In this document: one piece after another, positions 38,300-52,365 of the stretch
How the letters are laid out: each line of letters begins with the position of its first letter
Numbering within the stretch: the stretch's first letter is position 1
NCBI RefSeq assembly: GCF_001194135.2
Contig: NC_068998.1
Span: 33,894,316-33,958,315 of the forward strand
DNA: 64,000 nt
Source: Octopus bimaculoides
Lineage: Eukaryota
Reading direction: 5' to 3'
Notes under the pieces: generated by a model
The model's database searches: none
What the model saw: only the letters and a program-made list of their open reading frames with translations
Told to the model about the DNA's origin: nothing
Translations under genes and position numbers: made by a program

Positions 38300-39108
38300 G
38301 AAAAATAATAAAATATTCTCCGTTTGAAGTAATGCATCAGTCCAGATGTGTTTTCCACTGTTTGAAGCAGTGCTGGAACTCTTATAAAATGATGCCTCCA
38401 TTGTCTTTTTTTCACCTCTTCCACATCACATCCGCAAATTCTGTAGCACCGTTTTTCCTCACCAGTGATGCCCTTTGAAAAATGGTCCAGATCAACTTCC
38501 AACTGTTCTTTCAGTTCACGACATGCATCCAGTCGTGACTGCGTTTGATCTTCTGCATGCAAGTGAGGTACAAATTTTGCTGCAACTCTTTTCATTTGAA
38601 ATTCCTTGCTCAGAATTCGTTGGCCGGAGTTCCTGGACACAATCAGTCATATCAACAAGTTTGCCAATTGTTCAGTGATGGTCCTCCAAGATTAGTTCAT
38701 GAATTTTCCTGATGTTTTCATTTGTTCTAGAGGTCAACGGATGCCCTGAACGAGGTTGGTCCTCAAGCAACCATTTCTAAAGCATGTAAACCACTTGTAA
38801 ACCTGTATTTTGCTCATGGTACGGTATCCTTATAAGCTGTTTGAAGCATGACAACTGTTTCAGCCACCATTCTCCCAGCAAAAAACAGAATTTCATGGAA
38901 GCATGCTGTTCCTTCATTTCAGCCATTACAAAAATTGATGAACAGAAAAGAAGCACTGCAAAGCAAAGATACACCACGTGGCAGTACGACTTCACTTGAA
39001 TACTGATGCTTGAAGGTTGCATCAAGAGCCTTCTAGCAGCAAAGACCTGAACTACAACAGGTTTCATCCACTGAGAATGTTTCTGGTTACTTTGGGGTAC
39101 CCTTCATA
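38300..39108 (-). mobile_element. Mariner element with deleted catalytic core
   Basis: 5' TIR tatgaagggtaccccaaagtaaccagaa at 39108; MAEMKEQHASMKFCF...KRVAAKFVPH...ITGEEKRCY jumps directly to DVEEVKK...EFQHCFKQWKTHLD*CITSNGEYF. Confidence 0.9.
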
Positions 39109-39548
39109 AACCATAACAGCATGCATATACCCTCTCCATCCTAGGATCACTACATGAAGATCTAAGTATTCCATGTAATATCTCCATATCCATCTTTGAA
39201 ATGAAAGCTGCATTAGTTTTAGATCTAGAAAAGTATAATGGAGAGGACTGTCAGAGTAGAGTATGATGTTATGCATTATGGTTTCCAGGCTGATTTGAAA
39301 CTTTGTCCATGACATGGTCAATAAAATGGGTATCATTAATCAACTGGAGTTAATTCAATGAAATAAGCTTTCTGATCTTATGCATTTATTATGACTATAA
39401 CTATGTATTAGCTCACACATAGCATGTTGTGAGTGGCTGTTACTACAAAGGAAAGTAACTACCTCCTTACAACCCGAGGCAAGATTAGGAACTTGAATTT
39501 GAAATCAAAGAATATGAAAAGGATACAAAGAGTTGTCATATATAAGTA

Positions 39549-39935
39549 TCTTTTATCTTTTACTTGTTTCCGTCATTAGATTTTTGCCATGCTGGGGCAC
39601 TGCCTTGAATTTTAGTTGAATGAATCGACCCCCAGTACTTATTTTTTGTAAAGCCTTATTCTGTTGGTCTCTTTTGCTGAACTGCTAAGTTTCAGAGATG
39701 CAAGCATACCAAGCACCTGTTGTCAAGCAGTGGTTGGTGGTTAGATGGGTGGGTGGGGGACAAACACAGACAGAAAGATACACATAGATATACATATATA
39801 TATATACATATATACGATGGGCTTCTTTCAGTTTCCAGCTACCAAATCCACTCACAAGGCTTTGGTTAGCCTGAGGCTACAGTAGAAAATTCTTACCCAA
39901 GGTGCCATGCTGTGAGTCTTACCACATAGTCGCCT
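39549..39935 (-). mobile_element. SINE family A, near full length (head partly deleted)
   Basis: Reverse complement of the 22324-22796 architecture, including the microsatellite centre and aaaagataaaagat tail. Confidence 0.85.
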
Positions 39936-40719
39936 GCATCTAATTTAATTTTCTTTTTTTTCATCTATGGCAATGTTCTAACAATTTTCTAGTTAGTCTA
40001 ATCATAAATATTATTGTTTCATCAATTTAGGAATCTTCAGTATGAGTCAACCTGTAAATATATAAATTATATATATTATAAGCATAAACTGATATCTTTC
40101 AATGCACAGTTCTCTTCTTTAACATCACATTTTTTTCAGCTGATATACATTACACAGATATCATACTTGACTTACACTTTTGATGGCCACCTGTTCATGT
40201 TTCCTAATTTCTTTCTCACACTTGCCACCCCATTTTCTGTATATTTTCATATGCAGCAAAATATCTGATAATCTAGCATGTTGTGTTGCCTTGAGCATTA
40301 TTATATGAATAAAGTCTGTGTTAGGTTTTGGTCTTTCCATTTGACATGTAAGTTCTTTGTCTGAAACAAGGGAGTAAAACTAAAGAAAGCACTGACATCA
40401 ATGTGTAACTTTTCATTTTCCCACTGCTGTCTCATTTGATATGCAATATTCTTGGAATTTGTTTCTGTGTATATGTTAATAGCACTTCTGTGAAACTATA
40501 TGCCAAAACACATGGATTCAACCCTACTCATTCCACTATATCACAGCAACTACTCAGAGGCATGGTACGGTTAAGAAGTTTGCTTTACAACCATATGGTG
40601 TTTGTATTTGGTTCACTTTTTATACATATATACACACATTCACACACACATTCATGCGCACACACACACACACACACACACACGCATGTGAAATTTCTAA
40701 TTAAAAGCAACTCTCAGAT

Positions 40720-40763
<44 letters not shown>

Positions 40764-40959
40764 TACAATAAATTTATAAATCACTTTAATTTAATATAAT
40801 TTCATAAAAAAGTTATCTAAAATCAATGAAAGTTTTCCTTGGTATTTTAAGGCCCACTTTTAGTCAATATCACAGCAACTTCCAGCTGGTTAGGTATAGA
40901 TTTGTTTAAATTATCAGTGTCAGACTGATCCGTGTTTATCCTCTTTTAAGTCAATGCTT

Positions 40960-41270
40960 CTTTTAACTCTGTAATTGATGTTTCTACAATCTTCTTCACA
41001 ACCTTTTATGAAAATGCTTCCATATGTTTTCTTTTAGATTAAGATCAAGGCTTTGAGCAATAACATTTTACTGACTTGATTCTGTGCATTTGTTTCCAAA
41101 TTTGTGTTACTTTTGTGATACAACATGGGATGCATTCTTCTTGAAAAACAAATGATTGCATGACCCTCTTCAAGAAGTTAACATTATTCTAGTTCATTCA
41201 AATGATATTCAGCAAAAATAAGCTCTGGTCACCCTATTGCCCAAACTGTCCTCCCACCTTGTAAGTCCAT
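40960..41270 (-). pseudogene. Tc1-family transposase C-terminal remnant
   Basis: Minus-strand FQEECIPCCITKVTQIW...AQSLDLNLKENIW, matching FQQDNAPCH...AQSPDLNPIENVW. Confidence 0.6.
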
Positions 41271-41539
41271 CTTCTCCATATTTAGCTTCTTCCCTCAAAC
41301 AGCTTAGCTTCCCTATTATAATTTTGCTTTATTACACTGTATCTGCCTTGAGTTGCAAAGTTGGATGAATTTACTTCCAATAATAATTCTGCAACATTTA
41401 CAATATTAACAATAATGTAATAACAATAAGGATGACCAAAATTCTTACCCTTGTTACAGATCTCCTCCTTAGCCCAGGGGAACATATTGGACTTACTAGC
41501 TTTTCAGATCATCAGTTCCTCTCTTACAATTTTTATTCT

Positions 41540-42384
41540 TGTGGAAGAGGGAGATCCAGGAAGACATGGAAGGAAGTGGTAAGGACCAATCTCAGGATGT
41601 TTGTCCTCATAGAGGGAATGAACCGAGATGTCTGGTAATATAAAATTCTTGAGAAGATCCACCCACATCAGTTAAACTGAGTTCTAGAAGCACAGTATGT
41701 TCCACTCACATGTAATAAGAAAATTTTTCACACACCCTACCCCAACAAACCAAACTTCATCTCTTCTCTTCCTCATGTCTCCTTCTTCATGCACTATGCT
41801 TATCTCTCCCTCTCTAATTCTGTCCTCACAGCCTTGTTCACTGTATCATTGCTATCCAGTAGCTCCTCACCCCCAACATACCCAGGTTTTCAACACTCAC
41901 TACATTCCCCTCCCCAACTCTCTACTCACTCTTCTTTGGCAATACTCTGCAACTTATATTATGACTTCCATAACTCAAGGGTATGGCTTCTATCTCTTTC
42001 TCTCTTCTTTTACTTGACCATCCCATTTATATTCTGATTACTTGACCATCTCATTTATATTCTGATCCCTGTCCCTTGTGAGCATGCCTAGCATTTTGCC
42101 AACATCTCTCTCTCCTGCTTTACCTTGCACTCCTGCTATCTCCCACTCTCTCTCTCTATCTCCTTCTCCTGCTCTTCCCTCAGGTTGGGTAACCATATAT
42201 CTCCTTTACAGCAGCACACCTGTTTCTGTCCTTATTTTTTCTCTCTCTATCTCTATCTCCTTCCCCCTCTCTCTGTGGCCAAGTAACCATGTACCTCTCC
42301 TACAGCCATAAAGACCATGCCTGGCCAACTCCTGTTGAACCATCCAACCCATGCCAGCATGGAAGGAGGACGTTAAACGATGAC

Positions 42385-42444
<60 letters not shown>
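41540..42444 (+). mobile_element. RTE-clade LINE 3' end (ORF2 tail, pyrimidine-rich 3' UTR, (GAT)n tail)
   Basis: CGRGRSRKTWKEVVRTNLRMF...RDVW*..LEK; ends ccaacccatgccagcatggaaggaggacgttaaacgatg(gat)n. Confidence 0.7.
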
Positions 42445-42445
<1 letters not shown>

Positions 42446-44394
42446 CAGGAGATTCAATACTGTTTTTATGCAATATAGTGATATACCCATAGGATTTGCA
42501 ACCTCTCTAACTGTTGTACATTGATATTTAATTACTTCTCTGTTAACTCCCCAGTTTTTCTTCTTGGAATCTTTCTACATTTTTCCCTGTCTCTCCTTTA
42601 TTTGGTAATGTCCTTCCTTAAACCACCTCACAATTATATGGGTCATTTTTTAATGATTACAACATTTCTCAATTAGACTTTCCTCCTTGTTACAAATAGA
42701 TGTTTCTACAACATCTAAATTTATTGATATTGTTTTCTCAGTGGTTTGCATTGTTGTGTTGATTAATTTGAACTAAAACACAAGTATTTATATGAATATT
42801 TTCACCTTTGCGCTAATTCAAAATTCTATAGAATCTGATTGCAGCTTGGAAGATATATTAGCTATTCAAACACACACAAACACTGTTAAATTCACTCAAG
42901 CACTTATTATTTTCTGTTAAAAATTTTGTTGCACCATCTGCAACCTAGTCACTGATGTAATTCCATTGCATCTGAAGTTAACAAATTTTGTGTGATTTTG
43001 AATGAGTGATTTTAGTTTCAACACACAATCTCAGATCAGATCACTACTTAAATTTATAGAATTTGTTTTACTTATTCTGTAAGACTGTTTTTATAAGGAA
43101 AAGAAAGATAGGGAAGGTTGAACTGAAGCATTTATGGACTTATGTGACAACTGGCAATCAAAAATGCTGCATATAAATTTAGTGAGCCATGAACTGGCCT
43201 CAAATCAGACTTTTCATCACTTGATTATTAAAACTGAACTTATAAAGATAAAGTTTACACGGTACTCTATTGTATTATAGTATGCAACTGAAGGTAAGAG
43301 CCAATAATATATTGGCTGTCAATTTAATTATTTTTCCTCCCCTGCCTAGTTAAGAGAAATTAAAATCTTTACTAGGCCTAAAGTTGGCAATATAACATAT
43401 GGTTTTATTCACTAGGCCATTGTCTTATAGATGTTTCTGGAAGTTGTTTAAAACAGTAATAATTCCATCCATAATGCTAATTGTAAATCTGTAGACAGAG
43501 AGTAGATTTGTTAATCACCATATTTATTGGGGCTAATTTTTATTTGATAAATCCAATTGAGCAAGTTTATATTAGATCCACTGCTAACATTTTACTATGC
43601 AGCCATAATTCAGAGATTAGAATTAACCAAGTTCATAAGTTTCTATATTTAAAGACTTCTGTATGATTTACAGTTCAAATTTACAGTTTAGTAATTTGCA
43701 TAAAATGATACAGGGATATTAAGTTGCAAGTGTATATTCCAAATGTCAGCTTAATGTTGCAGACAATCTGGAAGTGGAACATAGCTTAATGATAGCAAAT
43801 TGTTATTGGAATAGATAAATTTAAGAATTTTATGTCGCCAGCTGCAACATTGTAAAAGAATTATAATTAAGAAAATATTTATCGTTTTTCCTGTTATATA
43901 TTTATGTTTCTGCTATAGTATTCAGACAACTAAGATAAATGTTTGGAAATGTTTACAGAGTCCACTTGTCTGCAATGCAATTGCATTTATAAAGACCGGT
44001 TCACTATCTAAACTTTGTTCGATAGATTTTTCTATGCACATTGATATATTAATATGTCTTAATTTTACAGTATTTACAACAATATTGTGAATAATGACGA
44101 CCATCTTTTGCAACAGTGAACCATGTATTTTTGTGGACTTTTATTGCTAAATGTAGTTTGCCAAGTTAGCAGAGATTGTTCCACTTTGGTAGACCATTTG
44201 AATGTACATGCTCTGTTTACTAAAGGAATAACAGGATTAGTGAAACTGACTACTTCAGCAGTAGCAGCAGTAGTAGCAGCAGCAGCACCAGTGGCTCAGT
44301 AAGGAGACTAGCTGTTGTTTAGACACAATATGAAGCACATATGCACCTGCAAATGTCCTGGCTGGACATCCTCAATGCTTTCAAACTCACTAGT

Positions 44395-44395
<1 letters not shown>

Positions 44396-44466
<71 letters not shown>
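44396..44466. repeat. (ATC)n microsatellite
   Basis: Perfect ATC run. Confidence 0.98.
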
Positions 44467-44654
44467 TTCTTTGTGTATATGCCTACTTTTTTCATACTAG
44501 CATGGATTAAACAAGACTTGAGACAACATTCTACAACTAGAAGTTCTTCCTATCATCAATCCTTTCTCACTGGTTTCCACATATTGAACCACTGATATGG
44601 AAGGCATAAATGTTACTACTTCTAAGCAGTGTCAATATGATGACATATGGGATG

Positions 44655-44835
44655 ATGGCAAGCTGGCAGAATCATTAGCACACCAGGAAAAGATTTTTAG
44701 TGGCATTTTGTCTGCTTTTATGTTCTGAATTCAAATTTCACTGAGGTTGACTTTGCCTTTCATCCTTTCAGAGTTGGGAAAATAAGTATCAGTTGAGCAC
44801 TGGGGTCAATGCAATCGACTTACCCTCTCCTCTGA
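44655..44835 (+). mobile_element. SINE family B; an inverted copy lies at about 45110-45310
   Basis: agctggcagaatcattagc...gaggttgactttgcctttcatcctttcag; minus copy gaatgaaaggcaaagtcaacctcagcaaaatttgaact. Confidence 0.8.
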
Positions 44836-47800
44836 ACTTTACACTATTAATGGATATTTAAAGAACTGAAAAATTTAATTGAGACTGTTAGATATTCTTA
44901 TGAAGTTTTACTACCTGAGAGAGCCGATTGATCAACAAAACAAAATCATCTGCTTCAAAGTCTTTACATATTTATCTGGTATTGTCTGGAACATAATTTA
45001 ACAAATGTTTATGACACAAAATTATCGTAATTTTGTATTATAGGTTATGCTTCAAACACCAGCTTAATAATGATTTCAAATTTTAGGACTAGGCCAGCAA
45101 TTTTTTTTTGGTGGGGGAATGGGAGAATGAGGATGGTTAACTCAATCCCCCTCTTCTCCCCCAGTACTCATCTGGTGCTTATTTCATCGATTCTGAAAGA
45201 ATGAAAGGCAAAGTCAACCTCAGCAAAATTTGAACTAAAAATTTAAAGAAGAATGAAATGTCACTAAGCATTTTGCCTGATGGGCTTACAATTCTGACAA
45301 CTTGCCATCTTACACCAGAGTTATTTTACTAGACATCTCCAAATTCCTAATTATTTTAAAATGTTATTAAAACATTATATTTCATTAGAAGAACAGAGTA
45401 TTTCATTTGGAGTATAGCAACAAAAGTGTTAACAGCTTCTTATTAACTGTTAGATAGCAGGTGTCAGATAGAAAAATATTAGTTACCATCTAATAAAGAG
45501 TAGCTATGAAGTATCCATTTAAGCACCATGCATCAGTGGTATAATTCTAATGTAGAGCCAAATCCACACTGCATGTCTGAATTTCTCTGTCGTCATTTCC
45601 CTGCACTCATTCCTCATAATTGCAATTTCTGTTAAATAGTCAATAGCCTGAAAAGAGATGCTTCTTAACTGGCTGATGTTACTGCCTCTCATTGCACTTT
45701 ATGAAGGCTAAACTTTCACTGCTGACCCAAGAAGCCATTAACTGCTACTTGTTTATTAGCCTTCAGTAATCTGAAACTTATTACACTGGTGAAATGAAGT
45801 GTTTATAAAGCTGTGAGTCCTAATATTGTTTATATATACACTTCTTCATCCCTTTCTTCAGCAAATACTGTACACTGATTAATATAAGTGCTGCATTTAT
45901 ACTTTAATATTCAACATCATCAGTATCATCAACATTGGAAATGGAGTCATTGTCACTATCATCTTCTCCTCCTACTCCTTCTCTTGAACCTCTTCCTCCT
46001 TCGTATTTCCTTTCATCTTCCTTTTTTCTGGGGTAAATCTAATCAACTGCAATACTTGATTGGTACATCAGTCTGTCAGAGGGCCGCTCTCCCCAGGTTA
46101 TCTCCCCTCCAAAATTTCAAGCTCTTGTGTTTATGTTAGAAACAATTATTGTTATTATCAATAATATTAATACGCTTAGTTTTGTTTGTTTTTGTTTGTA
46201 CCTGTAATGTATGTCACACTTCAAAGGAAGAAGTGAGTGGCAAAGCAAGAGAGAGGAGGACAGAGAAGAAATAAAAGAGAAAGAGAAAGAGTGAGAGAGA
46301 AAGAGAGAGAGAGAGAGTGAAAGAGAGTGGTGATGGTGTTTGCTTTGTGTTTTTAATTGTTTATTACATCACAAGAAAAGTAGATGCAGAGATCAAAAGA
46401 AAAGCTGATATATAGATACATACACACATAGTTAAATTAAAAGCAGGAGAAAGGAGGGACACAGAGGAAGTGAAAGAGGAAGAAAGTGAGAGAGACAGTA
46501 GATACATAGATCCAAAGAAAAATTGATACATAGAAACATAGACACGGCATATATTGGATGTCACTTTCAGTTTTCATTACCATACGAGGATAAAATTAAC
46601 TCACAGGTGGCTGAGTACTCCACAGACATGCATATCATTAACGTAATGCTCAGGGAGATTCAGCCTCACACAGAATATGACAATGCTGGCCCCTTTGAAT
46701 TACAGCTACAACTCATTTTGGCCAGCTGAGTGGACTGAAGCAAGATAAACTTTCAAGTGGTTGAAAGAAAATGAAAAAAGAACCTATATTGGGGCAGGAA
46801 AATCTCTTTAGTCATTAGGGTCACTATAGGTGTTAATCTGGTCCTAACAGACGTATTTACACAGGCTGTTGTTATCAAACTGTTTCAGTCAAGTATTGGG
46901 GCTGACATAATCGACTTTATCTCTCCCCTCAAAATTACTGTCCTTGTGCTAAAATTAGAAAGAATTATTATCAACCAGAGGTGGTAGTGGTGCTGAACGT
47001 GTTTTCCCAAACTTGCAAACTTACCAATTTTTTTATTCTTTTACTTGCTTCAGTTATTGGCCAGCAGCCATGCTTGGACACTGTCTTCTACACAGCTTCT
47101 TTCTACAACATTCATTCACAAGGTATCAGTTTGCCTAGTCTATAGCAGAAGATGATTGTCCACAGTTCCACACAGTGGGACTGAACCCAAAGTATACTTC
47201 CTAAACACATCCATGCTTGCATCGTATTGAAAATATTTTCACCATTATTTTGCTTAAAAAGAAAAATAGTTTGGAATAGATTAATATCTATCCTGTTTAC
47301 TTCAGGATGGAAGAATAAAGTTTGTCATCAGACATATGTAAATTTCATACTTTGTAAATATTAATTTACTTGTGTTTTAACATTCTTCTTCTAATAGAGT
47401 AGCAGAGACAGGTGTTAGTCGCAAGTAAAGTGGTGTCAATCACACTCTGAACAAAAAATTGTGAAAACTATAAATTAATTTTTTTAAACACAGAGAAAAG
47501 TATTTTTGAAAGAACAGAAAAAATTGAAGTAATTGAATATCATTTTGATAGGATATTCAAACTTTTCTAAAATAGACAATGTTATTGTTGATAATGTCAA
47601 ATTAAATAGAAGCAATTTTGCTAGCATTGCAAGTGAAAGGAGGTAGTGTTTTATTACACTTTGTCTGCATTTGCTGGGTTCAAAATGAAAGACGAAAAAT
47701 ACACAGAAATACAGAAATCCAAAATTTGAACTTGAAGATTCTGTGTTCTTTTTTTTTTTAGATAAAATGACATCATTAATTTTCATATATACATAACTAG

Positions 47801-47965
47801 TAACAAGGGAAAAGGAAAAAAACTTGAATCCGAGCAAGACAGACATACTGTCAAAATATTGTTCAGTTCAATAAGCAGAGTCAATCTTTATTCCTCACAA
47901 ATCAGATTATACTCTTCTTATTGTGTATTTACTTTCAGGGAAGAGTTATGTCACTCTTTATAAAC

Positions 47966-48390
47966 TTATTATTATTCACTTAACTGATTTATCAATGTCT
48001 ATGTCACATTTCAGCTCCATCTTGCAGCTCAGAAATGCAACACTTTCCTCAACTAAAGCTATTCTAAGTATCACAACTATCTGAATACTTCCTATGAAGT
48101 TTGGTATTTGCAGCTTTTGATGCCAGAATATTGCTCTTTTTGAGATGGATTAAGTATACCAATCACAATAGGTACCACACACACTTTTGAGGCCCTATGA
48201 ATTTTCTAAATTTCCAATCATAAGTCTTGGTACTTCCCAACTTTTTCATCCTCTGTCTTAACAATATTTTGGTCTGCAGGTATAGCTACATCAATGCAGG
48301 TCCATTCTTTGGACTCCTTCAGTCAGAGAGTGATATCTGGACGATTATGTTGCAACATTTTGCCTGTACATATTGATATATCCCATGTGA
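47966..48390 (-). mobile_element. R4/Dong-clade non-LTR retrotransposon 3' end (REL endonuclease plus (TAA)n tail)
   Basis: WDISICTGKMLQHNRPDITL...CIDVAIPADQNIVKTEDEKVGKYQDL*LEI...VVPIVIG (PD..D-x-K type REL); short taataataa tail at 47966-47976. Confidence 0.88.
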
Positions 48391-48398
48391 GACTCACC

Positions 48399-48414
48399 TA
48401 TCATCATCATCATT

Positions 48415-48476
<62 letters not shown>

Positions 48477-48494
48477 TATTATTATCATTATTAT
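48399..48494. repeat. (ATC)n/(ATT)n microsatellite
   Basis: Direct reading. Confidence 0.97.
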
Positions 48495-48500
48495 AATTAA

Positions 48501-49510
48501 GGTGGTGGGCTGGAAGAATCATTACTATACTGGGTGAAATACTTAGAAGTAGTTCATCTGACTTCATGTTCTGAGTTCAAATTCCACCAAGGTCTACTTT
48601 GCCTGTTATCCTTTCGGAGTTGATAAATTAAATACCAGTTGTGTACTGGGGTCAATGCAATCGACTACCCCGCTCCTCCAAATTTCAGGCCTTGTGCCTA
48701 TAGTAGAAAGGATTATTGTTATTATTATTAATATTATTGAACATGTGGCATTACCTGCAACACCTCCATGTTGCTGGGGTGTGTGTAGTATTGTGTGTTC
48801 TTTTTTGTTGTTGGTGGGGAATGTAAACTCTTCCCAGCATTGTATTGTGTCAGCTTGTTTGTTCGGGTTGTGTTATGTTGGCAGTGAGTTGATAGAATTG
48901 TTACCATGCCAGACAAAATACTCAGAGGTATTTCTTCTGGCTTATTACATTCTGAGTTCAAATGCTGCTGAGATTGACTACCTTCCATCCTTTTAGGCTT
49001 GATAAATTATATACCAGTTGAGGACTGGATTTGCTGTAATTGACTTAACCCCACACCCTTAAAAATTATTGTCTTTGTGCCAAATATTAGATAGAATTTT
49101 TTTTTATTGTTGGAGGTAGATTGACAGAATCATTAGAATGTTGGACAAAATGCTTTGCTGTATTTAATGTTCTGACTTCAGATTTCACAAAGGTCAACTG
49201 TGGCTTTCATTCTTTTCAATTTTCACCCAATGAAATATAAGCCAAGTACTTGGATCATAATAATCAACTTTTCTTTCCTAACAAAATTTCTGGCCTTGTG
49301 CCTTTGATAAACATCATTATTGATAGGGTGATGGATAGGCAAACTCTTTGAACAAATGCCTTACATTAATTCGTCACATTTATGTTGTGAGTTCAAATTC
49401 TGCTAATGTCACTGTTGCTTTCATCTTTCCAAGAGCATTAAATTAAAGTACCAATGAATTACAGAGGTCAATTTAATTAACTTAACCCCCTCCACTCATA
49501 CATTTCTTAA
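48501..49510 (+). mobile_element. Four family B SINEs in the same orientation (starts about 48501, 48880, 49111, 49326)
   Basis: Each has gxtg...gcagaat..., ttctg(a)(g/c)ttca(a/g)at, ctttcat and an ATT-rich end. Confidence 0.75.
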
Positions 49511-52365
49511 AAGAAAACATTATTTTCTTTATTTGATGAATGTCACGATCAGTGAAACATTGATAGAATATTCTAGCATATTCAACTATGCCCTGGTGGG
49601 AGGTTTGGTTGTAGTATTGGTATTATTGTGTGGGAGCTTTGGTTGTGTGATGTTGTTGTTATTGGTGGTGGTGGTGGTATTGTTATTGTGTGGAGGTTTC
49701 AGTTGTTAGACATTGGTATTGTTACTGGTAGCAGCATCGGTGGCAGCTGTAGTGGTAATGGTGGTGGTAGAGGCAGCACTGGTGGTGTTGTAAAACTACT
49801 GATGTATCTGGTCAGGATATGAGTGCTTGAAGGAAATTAAAAAAAAAAACAAGAAACCTTTGATGATAATGATCAAAAATGTTCCGGTCACACCAGCTCT
49901 AACTTTTACACAAATATCATAAGCTTTCAACTAGCTATCATTAGCTTTCAACTATTTTAGGATGGGCTGGTAATATTCAATGGAAATTAAGCTGCCCTTC
50001 CTACCAAATCAAGCTAATGTATAGTGGCTAAAAAATGCTTCAATTGTTGTTGCTCTTGTTGTTGTTGTTGTTGTTGTCCAGACCCAGGTCAGCCCCAATC
50101 AAGCAGATCTGTCATCAAAGATGTTCCACCTTCACCATCATCCTTTTTTGTGTTTTTGTGTTTCTGTACTTGTTCAACATGTTCTTCTTATGTCAAGACA
50201 GTAATCTGAGGGAATTTGGTTGATATACCTAACAGGATTAACAACTGCTTAGATGTGACTTGTTATCATGTTGATGGTGAATATGTTGTGGTGATGTCTT
50301 CTGTAATAGTGGTTATAGTGAAAACAGTGGTGGTGGTGAGCATGATGATGATGATGATGACAATGTTGTTTGTAATGATGATGATGATGATGACATGATG
50401 GAGGTTTGAAAACGGTGATGATAATCTGAGCAAATGAAAATGTTTAACAGAGAAAGTTGATAAATTTCTTAATTTGAAAAGAAAAAGGAAAAAATAAATT
50501 AAACAGAAAGGAAACAAGAAGCATTTTTCTTTCTCTAAATTATTCATTGAATTAGTAAAGGAATACTTTTGTTTTCTCTTTTCTCTTCAATTTTTGAAAA
50601 AATTAATCTTTTTCTTCCCTTCAGAATTTTGACATTTGGAAGTTTTGGAATTTAATGATATTCTTCAGATAATAAGGAGTTTATAACTTTGTGATTTGAT
50701 TTTATTAATTAATCCTTTGATAAAAAGAAGCAGAAACATTTTCAATGCAAGACAGCAGGAAGAAATTTGCCTGGGAAAAAATCATTGATAATAATGATGA
50801 CTGTTGATGGGGGGTGGGGGAAGCAGCAGGAGTGGTGGTGGAAGCAGTGGCAGTGGCAGCGGCAGTGGTAGCAGCAGTGGTGTGAAAATAGGAAAAACGA
50901 ATGGGGATGATAATGATGATGTGAAGATAGTAAAGGACATGGTAGTAGAACTAGTGAAACTAGTGTTAGAGGTGGTAATAATGTGTAAGTAGTGGAACTC
51001 TATGACCATTGAAAAGAGATTAGAATTCATTACATCCCTTAGTTTTTAGTTATATGTTGACACGTACATCATTCCTAAAATCTCATTTCAAAATGTTTTT
51101 ATTTTGTGGTGAAGGTGACTTGGTAATGTAAAGAACAGGTTCTTCATGAGGCAATAAAAAATTTCTTTTGTCATTCTTAATTTCTTGAAAGTGTCTCCCT
51201 TTTAACCTTTTCTATTCTTTATTCAAAGTATAGAACTTCAATTGTTTGAGACATTTTTTTGCACACATCATTCAGTGTATTCTAACTTAAATTATTCATG
51301 GCTTATATATATCTGATAATTTATTTTCTTATAGTATAAAAGAATATTAACATTTTGGATGTCAGGATTTTAATAAGACAAATAAAATTATACTTGAGAT
51401 TTAAAATGTTATTAGACAGAGGGCAAACTGTATTTGGTATTCAAAGATGTTACTGAATTTGTTATACTTCTTGTTTGGATTCCAAAATGTTCAAGTGAAG
51501 AGTCTCTATTTTGCTTTTCAAAGCAATCATTTCATTTGTGCTAGCACCAGGCAAATATTGGTAAAGGTGAGATTTTGTTAGTTATGAAAAGATTTTTATT
51601 CTCTCTAAAAAGAAAGATGAAATAATGTAATGCAAATAATGTAATGTACTTAGCTTAGAGCTTCACCTTTACCACCAACTCTACCTCTTATGAGCCAATG
51701 AAGTATTCTCTACACAGTGACTCAGCCTACTAAAGATTGTAGACAAATCCCGCCAAGATTATATGCAACAATTTTAAAACAGGAATGATGCAATAGATGA
51801 TGTAGCAGACTTATAAAAAAATGGCATTAGAATGCTTTCTGATCTGGGCCTAAACAACAACAATAACAACAGTTTTACTATCCTTTGATCCTAAAGTAAT
51901 ATTGAAGTATTGGAAATATTGTATTTAAGACCCTAAAATGTTATCAGCTGGAAAAATTCTTTATTTCAGAACCCTAAAATTTAAGGAGATGATGCATAGA
52001 AATCTTGCGGCAAGTCTGAAAAGGGATGAATTTGAATCCTAAAAGGTTATTAGAAGAGGTATCCTCTATATTTGATTTTTTTTTTAACATTCAGAGAGAA
52101 TCCTGAAAATTTATAGGAGGAAAGAGACAATTATATTTTAGATTTAAAATGTTAATTATTTGAGTAAAAATTGATACAGTTTTGAGAGTCTGAACTTTGT
52201 AAAGACATTCATTGTTGATGTAGCTATATATGTCATTATTGTTATGCTGATGTGGATGGCAATGGGTATTATAGTACATTTAGAGATGAACAAGTTGGTT
52301 GTACATGTTGAAGACTGGATTATTATTTCTTGTTAGATGTATGCTCTTTGTGTTGTTGTTTAGCT

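Noticed and set aside
43922-44300. Several overlapping 55-75-codon open frames, including DHLNVH
   Set aside because: No C2H2 cysteine spacing, no convincing splice sites, and partly (CAG)n-derived.
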